Positions 47,186 to 55,583 of a DNA stretch of 64,000 nt are shown piece after piece. A program made the translations under genes and the position numbers. This DNA comes from Actinomycetota bacterium (GTDB taxonomy: Bacteria; Actinomycetota; AC-67): positions 7,214 through 71,213 of the forward strand of contig JAIVGO010000095.1 in the NCBI GenBank assembly GCA_020201525.1. Direction: 5' to 3'. Under the pieces are notes generated by a model, which was given only the letters and a program-made list of their open reading frames with translations, searched no databases and was not told where the DNA came from. How positions within the stretch are numbered: position 1 is the first letter of the stretch; every line of letters begins with the position of its first letter.

Positions 47186-48615
47186 CGAGCTTTTCGCTCC
47201 GGAGCCGGCTGTTGCTGGCGACGGTGACTCTGGTAGCGCTGGGATTGCTCATCGCCGACTTCGCCACGTTCGCGTTGCTTCGGTCGCAGCTCCTCGGGCG
47301 CGTCGACGAACAGCTTCGCGGATCGCGAGGCGTCGCGGCGCGGTTGCTCACCGGCCCCGAACAGTTCGGTGGTCTGGACTTCGGACGGCGGCCGTCGCAG
47401 GAATCTCCCCCGGTCACGGTCGTGGAGCTCCTCGACTCGTCGGGTCGCGTCGTTGCATCTCGATCGTTCGGCTTCGGCGACGTGGATATGCCGCAACTCC
47501 CCGGCGCACTGCCGGGATCGACCGGGAACGCCACTCCGGAGCGGATTTTTTCGGCCGGATCCGCCGGTCCGTTTCGGTATCGCGTGATCGCGACGGCCCT
47601 TTCCGACGGCGGCACGCTCGTCGTCGCGCAAACGCTCGGCGACGTCGATGCGACGTTGCGCAAGCTCGTACTCGTGGAGTCAATCGTGACGGCGCTGGTG
47701 CTTGCAGGTGTTGCCGGTATCGCGTTGTGGCTCGTCCGTCTGGGGCTGCGGCCGCTGACCGAGATGGAGGTCGCGGCCGACGATATCGCCCAAGGCAACC
47801 TTTCGCGTCGCGTCGACATCACCGACGAACACACCGAGGTCGGTCGTCTCGGGCGAGCGCTCAACGTCATGCTCGAGCGCATCGAAGCGGCCTTCGCCGA
47901 GCGACGCACATCGGAAGATCGACTCCGCCGTTTCGTCGCTGATGCGTCTCATGAGCTGCGCACGCCGCTGACTTCGATTCGTGGCTATGCAGAGCTTTTC
48001 CGGCACGGTGCCGACCGGCGACCGGAAGACTTGGAGAAATCGATGCGGCGCATCGAAGAAGAATCCGCGCGCATGGGAACGCTCGTCGACGAGCTGCTGC
48101 TGCTCGCGCGACTCGACCAAGGCCCGCAGCTCGAAAGGACACCCGTCGACATCACGACGCTCGCGCGCGACGCCGTCGAAGACGCGCGGGCCGTGCAGCC
48201 GGCCCGCCCGATCTCTTTCGAAGCGAACGGCCGCGCGATCATCGTAGAAGGCGACGAAGCGCGACTGCGCATGATCGCCGCCAATTTGCTGTCGAACGCG
48301 CTATCCCACACACCGCTCGAGACACCCGTCCGCGTCGCGGTGGCGACCGACGACTCCAACGCAGTCTTGGAAGTCGCCGACGAGGGACCCGGCCTCGACG
48401 GCGACGAAGCGGAGCATGTCTTCGATCGTTTCTTCCGCGTCGATGAGGCGCGTTCGCGGCACAACGGCGGGGTCGGCCTCGGCTTGGCAATCGTGGCCGC
48501 CGTCGCGAAGGCGCACGGCGGGGCGGTTCGGCTGGATTCCTCCCCCGGCGCCGGTGCGCGCTTCACCGTGCTTCTCCCGCTTGCGGCCGACGACCCCGCC
48601 GCCGCCGAGCAGTAA
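47182..48615 (+). CDS. Sensor histidine kinase (TM-HAMP-HisKA-HATPase_c)
   Basis: H-box ADASHELRTPLTSIRGYAE. ATGA start overlap with the RR gene. Confidence 0.8.
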   Translation: MTSFSLRSRLLLATVTLVALGLLIADFATFALLRSQLLGRVDEQLRGSRGVAARLLTGPEQFGGLDFGRRPSQESPPVTVVELLDSSGRVVASRSFGFGDVDMPQLPGALPGSTGNATPERIFSAGSAGPFRYRVIATALSDGGTLVVAQTLGDVDATLRKLVLVESIVTALVLAGVAGIALWLVRLGLRPLTEMEVAADDIAQGNLSRRVDITDEHTEVGRLGRALNVMLERIEAAFAERRTSEDRLRRFVADASHELRTPLTSIRGYAELFRHGADRRPEDLEKSMRRIEEESARMGTLVDELLLLARLDQGPQLERTPVDITTLARDAVEDARAVQPARPISFEANGRAIIVEGDEARLRMIAANLLSNALSHTPLETPVRVAVATDDSNAVLEVADEGPGLDGDEAEHVFDRFFRVDEARSRHNGGVGLGLAIVAAVAKAHGGAVRLDSSPGAGARFTVLLPLAADDPAAAEQ

Positions 48616-48718
48616 CACCACTCACAACCAACTCCCAGGCTCTTCCCAGCCCCGTCAGAGGTTCGCGGCGTTTCATACGCGTAGAGGCTGCAGTGGGCAG
48701 CCGCGAGGAGGCAGTTAC

Positions 48719-49021
48719 ATGCCACAGCGATTTGGTCCGAGAGACTTCCCCATGCCGACGCACCACGGCGGCTGGGGAGCCGACGTGTTTCACATCGTGC
48801 TGATGATGGCGCTATTGGCGGCGACCGTCGCGCTCGTCGTGTGGATCGTCAACACCGCGCGGAAGCCGGCGTTCGCGACGGCGGCCCCGGTAGCGTCGCG
48901 CAGCAGCGTGGATACGGCGTTGCACGAGGCCCGCATGCGGTACGTGCGCGGAGAGGTGACGCGCGAGCAGTTCCTGCAGATTGCCGGCGACCTCGCTGCG
49001 AGACCGCCGGCCGACGCGTAA
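48719..49021 (+). CDS. Small membrane protein with SHOCT domain
   Basis: C-terminal part of track ORF 48416..49021. GAGGAGG RBS. One TM (IVLMMALLAATVALVVWIV) then ALHEARMRYVRGEVTREQFLQIAGDL (SHOCT-like). Confidence 0.55.
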   Translation: MPQRFGPRDFPMPTHHGGWGADVFHIVLMMALLAATVALVVWIVNTARKPAFATAAPVASRSSVDTALHEARMRYVRGEVTREQFLQIAGDLAARPPADA

Positions 49022-49034
49022 GAAAGGAGCAGCC

Positions 49035-49505
49035 ATGCCGGCAAAGAAGGTTCTCATCGTCGCCAATCAAACGGCGGCGGGCGATCATCTCGTCGAGCTG
49101 GTACGCCACCGAATGGCCGAAGGCGACGTCGAGTTCACGCTCCTCGTCCCGGCGACACCGCCCAACCTTGGGCTGACATGGACGCACACCGAAGCCGAAG
49201 CCCTCGCCGTCTGGCGCATGGAAGAAGCGTTGAAGCGTTTGCGGGGTGCCGGTGCGCGCATCGACGGGATAGTTGGTGATGCCCGCCCGCTCGACGCGAT
49301 CGAGGATGCGGTGCTCAAGGGCGAGTACCACGAGATCATCCTGTCGACGCTGCCGGCGGGGATGTCGCGGTGGCTGAAGCAAGACTTGCCGGGCAAGGCG
49401 CAACGCCGGTTCGGTCTTCGCATCACGCACGCGGTAGACGAAAGTGCGGCTAGCGCCGAGGCGTTCCGCAGAGGCGAGCCTCCGCTGCACGCAACAGGAT
49501 CCTAG
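49035..49505 (+). CDS. Hypothetical protein (alpha/beta, Usp-like fold suspected)
   Basis: Track ORF 48981..49505. Start at MPAKKVLIVANQTAAGDHL with a GAAAGGAG RBS. Confidence 0.45.
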   Translation: MPAKKVLIVANQTAAGDHLVELVRHRMAEGDVEFTLLVPATPPNLGLTWTHTEAEALAVWRMEEALKRLRGAGARIDGIVGDARPLDAIEDAVLKGEYHEIILSTLPAGMSRWLKQDLPGKAQRRFGLRITHAVDESAASAEAFRRGEPPLHATGS

Positions 49506-49517
49506 GACCCCCGTGAG

Positions 49518-49545
49518 CCGGGCGCCGGTGACGAGCCGGCGCCCG
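49518..49545 (+). terminator. GC-rich hairpin (CCGGGCGCCGG-N7-CCGGCGCCCG)
   Basis: 10-11-bp stem, 13 nt after the stop of 49035..49505. Confidence 0.3.
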
Positions 49546-49579
49546 CTCGCGACATCCGGAACACCTCGCGTTCACACGT

Positions 49580-50140
49580 GTGTTTCGGGATCGAGCGCCC
49601 TCCGCTTGGAACGGTGCGCCGACCTTGGTTTTTGCCGATCGAGTGCGATCGTGTCCCATTCGGTCTTCTTTCCACGGCTCCCAGGTTTCTGTAGTAAAGG
49701 TTTCGATCCATCCTTTACGTTGCCACGACCGTGCCTACCGCCGGGACGCCGTCTTTCACGAGAACGCAGCCGCCGCGCTCAAGGGCCTGGCCGAGGGAGT
49801 CGCCGCGTGGGCAATCCCGTGGCCGTGCATCCATGAGTTCTTCGCCATCGTCACTCACCCACAGGTCTACGACCATCCGACCTCTATCGCCGGCGCCCTG
49901 GGACAGGTCGACGCGTGGCTCGGGTCACCGTCGCTCGTGCTCTTGTCGGAAACGGGTTCGTATTGGCTCAAGCTTCGAGGCCTTGCCGACAGGGGCAAGA
50001 TCGACGGACCGCGGATCCACGACGCGCGCGTAGCCGCTCTGTGCCTTCTGCACGGCGTTCGAGAACTGTGGACCGCCGACCGCGATTTCAGCAGGTTTCC
50101 ATCGCTTCCGACGCACAATCCCCTCACCCCAGGGTCCTGA
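49580..50140 (+). CDS. PIN-domain (VapC-like) toxin homolog with atypical/degenerate N-terminus; possible pseudogene
   Basis: C-terminus IHDARVAALCLLHGVRELWTADRDFSRFPSL is a classic VapC signature. The N-terminal Asp/Thr-Ser-Val motif (xLDTNVL) is not recognisable in-frame. No antitoxin-like ORF lies upstream. Confidence 0.4.
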   Translation: MFRDRAPSAWNGAPTLVFADRVRSCPIRSSFHGSQVSVVKVSIHPLRCHDRAYRRDAVFHENAAAALKGLAEGVAAWAIPWPCIHEFFAIVTHPQVYDHPTSIAGALGQVDAWLGSPSLVLLSETGSYWLKLRGLADRGKIDGPRIHDARVAALCLLHGVRELWTADRDFSRFPSLPTHNPLTPGS

Positions 50141-50178
50141 CCCAAAGGGCGAGCCGTCGTCCGGCTCGCCACACTGGC

Positions 50179-50724
50179 CTAGGTCGGCTCGAGATGGCGC
50201 TGTCGGTACGCGCGAACTTTCGTTCTGTTGCCGCAGACCTCCATCGAGCACCATCGCCGCGACCGGTTCTTGGACTGATCGTAGAACGCAACCCGGCACG
50301 TCTCTTCCGGACACACTTTCAAGCGTGTCCACGATCCTTCCGCCATCGCCGCGAAGGCGACGGCGAGGATCGCACCGATCGCACCGTCGACGCCACGCGC
50401 GACCGGCTTCAATCCCGATCCCCCGTCGACGTCGAACTTCAACGTCAGCTGCGCGCGCGTTGCGGCGCGGTTCACGGTTTCGACGGCCGTCTCATCGGCC
50501 GTAGCGCCGCCGTTCGCGAGGAGCATCGAACGCAGCGCCTCGCGCGTCTCGCGCGCATAGACGACGTCCGCAGCGTGCACTTGCTCGTCCTCGATCAGCT
50601 CGCGCTCGAGAAGCCACGCCTTCAAATCCGCAGGCGTCTGCAAATCCTCGCGCCCATCATCGACGTCGTGCGTGTTGACGAATTCCTGCACGAGCCGAAG
50701 AGGGCCCGGTGCGGGTTCACTCAC
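50179..50724 (-). CDS. CGNR zinc-finger (ABATE domain) protein
   Basis: Track ORF 50179..50976(-). Real start is GTG (VSEPAPGPLRLVQEFVNT) with an AGGAGG RBS. C-terminus CPEETCRVAFYDQSKNRSRRWCSMEVCGNRTKVRAYRQR. Confidence 0.7.
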   Translation of the reverse strand: MSEPAPGPLRLVQEFVNTHDVDDGREDLQTPADLKAWLLERELIEDEQVHAADVVYARETREALRSMLLANGGATADETAVETVNRAATRAQLTLKFDVDGGSGLKPVARGVDGAIGAILAVAFAAMAEGSWTRLKVCPEETCRVAFYDQSKNRSRRWCSMEVCGNRTKVRAYRQRHLEPT

Positions 50725-50969
50725 CGCGTGCCTCCTGCGAGCGGAACATCTCCGCAGATCGCAGCGCCGACAATGTCGTGTGCCGATCGAGCTGCGCGGA
50801 CGCCGGCCGCCACACGGAGCCCGGCGCGCACAAGCCGGACGCCGACGGCGCGCCGGACCGGATGGATCCGGTCCTGGGTCGCGAGCCGGACGCGTCGGTC
50901 GTCGGCGGCAGCCCTGCGCAGGGCATCCATATGCTCCCGTGCCCTGTCTTCCGCGAGAATCCAGTTCAT
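50721..50969 (-). CDS. Small hypothetical protein, translationally coupled (GTGA overlap) to the CGNR gene
   Basis: MNWILAEDRAREHMDALRRAA... with a GAGGAGG RBS. Its stop overlaps the CGNR GTG start. Confidence 0.4.
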   Translation of the reverse strand: MNWILAEDRAREHMDALRRAAADDRRVRLATQDRIHPVRRAVGVRLVRAGLRVAAGVRAARSAHDIVGAAICGDVPLAGGTR

Positions 50970-51002
50970 CCTGCACCTCCTCACCGGGATCGTCTAACCG
51001 CC

Positions 51003-51060
51003 CATAACCTTATACCGGTGTCGCTAACCAGTCAAGCGGTTTTACTAGTTTTTTTTTGGG
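51003..51060 (-). promoter_or_regulatory. Sigma-70-type promoter (TTGACT -35, TAAGGT/TATAAG -10) with upstream A-tract (UP-element-like), driving the small-ORF/CGNR operon
   Basis: Reverse strand reads CCCAAAAAAAAACTAGTAAAACCGCTTGACTGGTTAGCGACACCGGTATAAGGTTATGGG. It is an AT-rich island in otherwise GC-rich DNA, approximately 40 nt upstream of the RBS. Confidence 0.35.
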
Positions 51061-51152
51061 CCCAGCAAGCAGCGGATTTCTAACTCCCCTGGCGTTGAAG
51101 ACGGTGTCGGCCGACCTCTCGCCGAGGCGGGCTAGAAGTCTTGAGCCGAGCG

Positions 51153-51197
51153 ACCCAGTCCGTTTTTGGCCATCGCGGTAGCCAAAACGGACTGGGT
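51153..51197 (-). terminator. Hairpin (ACCCAGTCCGTTTTTGGC-N10-GCCAAAACGGACTGGGT) downstream of the glyoxalase gene
   Basis: Near-perfect 17-bp stem with a 10-nt loop, 22 nt beyond the stop of 51219..51665(-). Confidence 0.4.
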
Positions 51198-51218
51198 ATA
51201 TGTCCTTCGCGCGGGGCC

Positions 51219-51665
51219 TCAGATGCGCAGCGGCCGGACCGGTGCGATCATCGCCGTCGGATCCTCGCGCCAGAGCTCCGGCTGTACGTCGATGTAGAGC
51301 TCGATCTCGTTGCCGTCGGGATCGGTGATGTACAGGCTGTGCGTGACGGCGTGATCCGCCGTACCGACGACCTCCACGCCGGCGTCGGCCAACCGGCGCA
51401 ACGCATCACGCAGCTCATCGTCGGTTGTGCCAATCTTCAAGCCGAAGTGATACAGCCCGACACGCCGTCCGGCGGGGATCGGCGCGGCCTCGGGGCCGAC
51501 CTCGATCAGCAGCAGCTCGTGGTGGGTTCGGCCGGTGCCGAACACGGCGGCACCGCCGCCGAGCTCGCCGATCTCGTTCCATCCCAGCACGTCGCGATAA
51601 AAGTGCCGCGACCGCTCGAGATCGCGAACGTACAGGACCAAGTGACCGAGCTCTTTGACTTCCAT
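51219..51665 (-). CDS. VOC family protein (glyoxalase/bleomycin resistance/extradiol dioxygenase fold)
   Basis: MEVKELGHLVLYVRDLERSRHFYRDVLGW N-terminus, and tandem beta-alpha-beta-beta-beta modules. Confidence 0.7.
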   Translation of the reverse strand: MEVKELGHLVLYVRDLERSRHFYRDVLGWNEIGELGGGAAVFGTGRTHHELLLIEVGPEAAPIPAGRRVGLYHFGLKIGTTDDELRDALRRLADAGVEVVGTADHAVTHSLYITDPDGNEIELYIDVQPELWREDPTAMIAPVRPLRI

Positions 51666-51808
51666 CAACGTCTCCTCTTTCGGCCTCTGTCGTGTTCAAC
51701 GGTCCGCCCGAGGTGTGCATTCCCGCGCGGGAACGAGCAAAACGAAGCGACCCCTCCGAAGAAGGGTCGCTCGGTCTCGATGCCGGTCCGCCCCGGGCCG
51801 GCGTGTTG

Positions 51809-51976
51809 TTACGGCAGGCGGATGATGAGCCGCGGAGTATCCGCGGTCGTCGGATCCGGAACCATGCCGGGAAGAGACGCAAGTAGTGACTTCATCGCAG
51901 CGTCCCAATTCACGGTCTCGCCAGAGTCCAATCGACGCGCATCATCCTTCTGCGCGCGCTTCGGCTTGCGCCCCAT
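51809..51976 (-). CDS. Small basic hypothetical protein (55 aa)
   Basis: MGRKPKRAQKDDARRLDSGETVNWDAAMKSLLASLPGMVPDPTTADTPRLIIRLP. Strong GGAGGGAGG RBS. Downstream of the ABC-F gene on the same strand. Confidence 0.3.
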   Translation of the reverse strand: MGRKPKRAQKDDARRLDSGETVNWDAAMKSLLASLPGMVPDPTTADTPRLIIRLP

Positions 51977-52169
51977 CGTGTTCCTCCCTCCGCGCATCGT
52001 GGATGCGCGTCTCCTGCGTGCGACCGAAGCCCTCCCGGCTCGATCTGCCTTCGAGTGTACGAGCCACCTACAAGCATGTGAAGGAGTGCAAACGGGGGCG
52101 ATCCGACCCCACCGGACAACTCCGGCACGCAGCAGGCGTCGCGTTTCAGTCGGACGTGATAAAGCGAAA

Positions 52170-54071
52170 CTATCCGCGCTCGGTGAGCGCATCCCACTCG
52201 GCTTCGAGCCGGCCGATCCGCTCTTTGGCATCGCTGTACGCGCGCATAAATCCCGGCACGTCTCCCTCGCTCGTGTAGAACCCGGGGTCGGCCATGCGCT
52301 CCTCCATCGCGCGCATTTGGTCGTGCACCGTCTCGAGCTCGGCCTCGACGCGGCGAAGGGCGTTACGGTGGCGCGTGGTCGCTTGTCGTTCAGCGGCGCT
52401 CGCCCGACGTCGCTCTTTCGCCGCGGTCGTCGTCGTCGTGCGCGCCGCCGGTGCCGTCACCAGAACTTCCTCGCCGATCTTCTCGAGGTAGTCGTCGTAC
52501 GTACCGGGGAACGCCCGCACAACGCCGTCACGCACTTCCGCAATGACATCGGCGATCGACCGGATGAGGTGCCGGTCGTGCGTGATCAGAACGAGCGCGC
52601 CGTCGTAGTCCTCCAGGGCATCCTCCAGCGCATCGCGGCTCCAGATATCCAAATGGTTCGTCGGCTCGTCGAGACACAGGAAGTTCTTCTTCGACACGAG
52701 AATTTTTGCCATCGCGAGGCGCGACCGCTCGCCGCCGGACAGAACCGACACGCGCTTGTTGATGTCGTCGCCGGAAAACAGGAAGCGCCCAAGCAAATCG
52801 CGTGACTTCACGAACACGCCGGCGGCGACCGCCGACTCCAGCTCCTCGATCACGCGCTTCTGCGGATCGAGTGCTTCGATTTGGTGCTGAGCGAAGTAGC
52901 CGACGCTCACGTTGTGGCCGAGCCGGCGATCGCCGTCCTGCGGTTGCAAAGCGCCCGCGAGCAGCTTCAGCAGCGTCGACTTCCCGGCACCGTTCGGCCC
53001 AACGAGCGCGACCTTCTGCCCGCGCTCGATCGCGAAATCCAAGCTCGTGTACACGCGCTTGTCTCCGTATGAGAAGCCCACGTTCTCGAGCTCGATGACA
53101 ACACGGCCGGAACGGGGCGCCGGCGGAAACGCGACGTTCATCGCCCGGCGCCGAGTTTCCGGGACATCGACGGTTCCCAGCCTTTCGACAAGCTTGATCT
53201 TGCTCTGGACTTGGCTCGCCTTCGTCTTCTTGTACCGGAAGCGGTTGATGAACAGCTGGAGCTGATCGGTGCGCCGTTTCAAGTTCGCCGCCGCGGCTTC
53301 CGCCTGGAGCGCGCGCATCTCGCGCTGCGCGACGAATGCCTCGTAGTTGCCGGCGTAGGCGGCGAGCAGCCCGTCGTCGACTTCGACCACGCGATTCGCG
53401 AACCCGTTCATGAAGTCGCGGTCGTGCGAGATCAGCAGCACGGCACCTTCGAACTGCTTGAGAAACGCTTCCAACCAACGGACGGATTCGAGGTCCAAGT
53501 GGTTCGTCGGCTCATCCAGAAGCAACGCATCGGGCGCCGACACCAGGATTTTCGCGAGCGCCACTCGCATCATCCATCCGCCGCTGAGCGATTCGGTCGG
53601 CTTGTCGAGGTCGGCGTCGTCGAAGCCGAGCCCGGCGCAAATCTCGCGCGCTTCGGCCTCGACGGAATAGCCGCCCAGGGTTTCGAACCGCTCTTGCAGA
53701 TTGGCGTGCTCGCGGATGAGCGTGTCGCGCTCAGCCGGGTCGGTGACTTCCGCGAGCTCATTCGTCAACACGTCGAGCCGGTGCCCGACCTCGGCCATCG
53801 CCGGCGCCGCGCTCCGCACCTCGGCGATGATCGAACGGCCGCGCAGTTCGTCGGTTGCCTGTGGCAGGTATCCGAAGCGCGCGCCGCGCGTCACCGTGAT
53901 CGAACCGTCGTCTGGCTCCTGCAGCCCGATGATCATCTCGAACAGCGTCGTCTTTCCGGAGCCGTTCGGTCCGACGAGTGCGAGCCGGTCCCGCGCGCCG
54001 ATGCGCAGATCGGCGCCGCGAAACAGCTGCCGCGCGCCGAACCCTTTGCGAAGACTGGTGATAGTGATCAT
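52170..54071 (-). CDS. ABC-F family ATPase (two ABC domains, no TM; Uup/EttA-like)
   Basis: Two Walker A sites (GPNGSGKTTL, GPNGAGKSTLL), two LSGG signatures, an inter-domain linker and a C-terminal coiled-coil tail. Confidence 0.8.
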   Translation of the reverse strand: MITITSLRKGFGARQLFRGADLRIGARDRLALVGPNGSGKTTLFEMIIGLQEPDDGSITVTRGARFGYLPQATDELRGRSIIAEVRSAAPAMAEVGHRLDVLTNELAEVTDPAERDTLIREHANLQERFETLGGYSVEAEAREICAGLGFDDADLDKPTESLSGGWMMRVALAKILVSAPDALLLDEPTNHLDLESVRWLEAFLKQFEGAVLLISHDRDFMNGFANRVVEVDDGLLAAYAGNYEAFVAQREMRALQAEAAAANLKRRTDQLQLFINRFRYKKTKASQVQSKIKLVERLGTVDVPETRRRAMNVAFPPAPRSGRVVIELENVGFSYGDKRVYTSLDFAIERGQKVALVGPNGAGKSTLLKLLAGALQPQDGDRRLGHNVSVGYFAQHQIEALDPQKRVIEELESAVAAGVFVKSRDLLGRFLFSGDDINKRVSVLSGGERSRLAMAKILVSKKNFLCLDEPTNHLDIWSRDALEDALEDYDGALVLITHDRHLIRSIADVIAEVRDGVVRAFPGTYDDYLEKIGEEVLVTAPAARTTTTTAAKERRRASAAERQATTRHRNALRRVEAELETVHDQMRAMEERMADPGFYTSEGDVPGFMRAYSDAKERIGRLEAEWDALTERG

Positions 54072-54115
54072 GACGTGGACAGGCTACGGCTTCATCGCCG
54101 TGTTAGCCTCTCGTT

Positions 54116-55069
54116 ATGCCACGTCCGTTTCGGTTCGGTGCCGCGATCGACGCAGACGAAAGCGACCCGTCCGGGCGTGCCTGGCGCGATCGTGCCAAGC
54201 GCATCGAGGACCTCGGGTACGCGACGCTGCTCATTCCCGACCATTTCGTCACAACGTTCTCACCGGTGCCGGCGCTCGCGGCCGCGTGCGCAGCTACATC
54301 GACGCTGCGCGTCGGGACGATGGTCTTCGACAACGACTTCCGGTATCCGGCGCTGCTCGCGAAGGATTCCGCGACGCTCGACGTCGTGAGCGACGGACGG
54401 TTCGAGGTCGGAATCGGTGCCGGCTGGCACGAGCCCGAATACGTCGCCGCAGGCATTCCGTTCGAGCCGGCAGCCGTGCGCGTCGCGAAGCTGGCGGAGT
54501 CGGTCGCGATTCTCAAAGGGCTGTGGTCCGGGGAATCGTTCTCGTTCAAGGGATCGCATTACACGATCACGAACATGACGGGACTTCCGCGCCCCCTGCA
54601 GCAACCGCACCCGCCGGTCATGGTGGGAGGAGGCGGAAAGCAACTGCTGCGCTTCGCGGCGCGCGAAGCGAACATCATCAGCTTCGCCGCGCACCTGCGG
54701 CCGGGCGGCGTCGAGGTGCGCAGCCTGACGGCGGACGGCGTCGCCGAGCGCATCGAGTGGATCCGCGAAGCCGCGGGCTCCCGCTTCGGCGAGATCGAGC
54801 TCATGAACTACTACTCGATGCCGGCGGTGCTGACGCGAGACCGCGACGCCGGCGCCGACCAGATTCTGGCCGGCATACAGGGACGCTTCGGCGCAGAGGG
54901 GATGACGCGCGAGGATGTTTTCGCTTCGCCGCACTACTTGGTCGGCGACACGCAGCAGATGATCGACACGCTGCTTGAGCGGCGCGAGCGTTTCGGCTCC
55001 TCCTACATCTGCTTTACCGACAACGTTGAGCAATACAAAGACGTCGTTTCCGCTCTCGACGGACGATAG
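54116..55069 (+). CDS. LLM-class F420-dependent oxidoreductase (luciferase-like monooxygenase family)
   Basis: RFGAAIDADE...LGYATLLIPDHF...RVGTMVF...FEVGIGAGW pattern of the TIGR03621-type F420-dependent LLM. Confidence 0.7.
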   Translation: MPRPFRFGAAIDADESDPSGRAWRDRAKRIEDLGYATLLIPDHFVTTFSPVPALAAACAATSTLRVGTMVFDNDFRYPALLAKDSATLDVVSDGRFEVGIGAGWHEPEYVAAGIPFEPAAVRVAKLAESVAILKGLWSGESFSFKGSHYTITNMTGLPRPLQQPHPPVMVGGGGKQLLRFAAREANIISFAAHLRPGGVEVRSLTADGVAERIEWIREAAGSRFGEIELMNYYSMPAVLTRDRDAGADQILAGIQGRFGAEGMTREDVFASPHYLVGDTQQMIDTLLERRERFGSSYICFTDNVEQYKDVVSALDGR

Positions 55070-55130
55070 ATGTTCGGTTGATCCCGCGTCGGGGTACAAA
55101 GCATTCGTTACGTCCTGACAGGAGGGGATC

Positions 55131-55583
55131 ATGCCGCAAAGCGCGCTTACGTTGCTTCAGGAAGATCACGACAAGATGAAGAAAATCATGAGCGATATCG
55201 ACTCGACGACCGAACGAGGGCTCAAGACGCGCGAGGAGCTCTTCACGACGATGAAAGAAGCTCTCAATGTTCACGAGCGCGTCGAGGAGGAGATCTTCTA
55301 CCCGGCACTGCGCGAGCACAAGAAGGCCAAAGAGATCGTGATGGAAGGCTACGAGGAGCACCGCGCAGTCGACATGCTTCTCGGCGAGCTCGAAAGCGTT
55401 CCATTCGACGACGAATCCTGGAGCGCTAAGTTCACCGTCATCAAGGAGAACATCGAGCACCACATCAAAGAAGAAGAAAACGAGATGTTCGACAAGGCGC
55501 GACAGATCTTCGACCGCGCGGAGCTGCAGGAGCTCGGCGGCGCGATGGCCGCGCGCAAGGAAAAGGCGCAGGCGACCTACTGA
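55131..55583 (+). CDS. Hemerythrin-like domain protein
   Basis: H/E-rich four-helix motifs LLQEDHDKM, HERVEEEIFYPAL, EHRAVDMLL, IEHHIKEEENEMF. Confidence 0.65.
   Translation: MPQSALTLLQEDHDKMKKIMSDIDSTTERGLKTREELFTTMKEALNVHERVEEEIFYPALREHKKAKEIVMEGYEEHRAVDMLLGELESVPFDDESWSAKFTVIKENIEHHIKEEENEMFDKARQIFDRAELQELGGAMAARKEKAQATY

Noticed and set aside
51041-51060. T9 run as an intrinsic-terminator U-tract
   Set aside because: No convincing stem immediately upstream on the plus strand. On the minus strand the same tract is an A-run sitting directly upstream of a good -35/-10 pair, so a UP-element role fits better.
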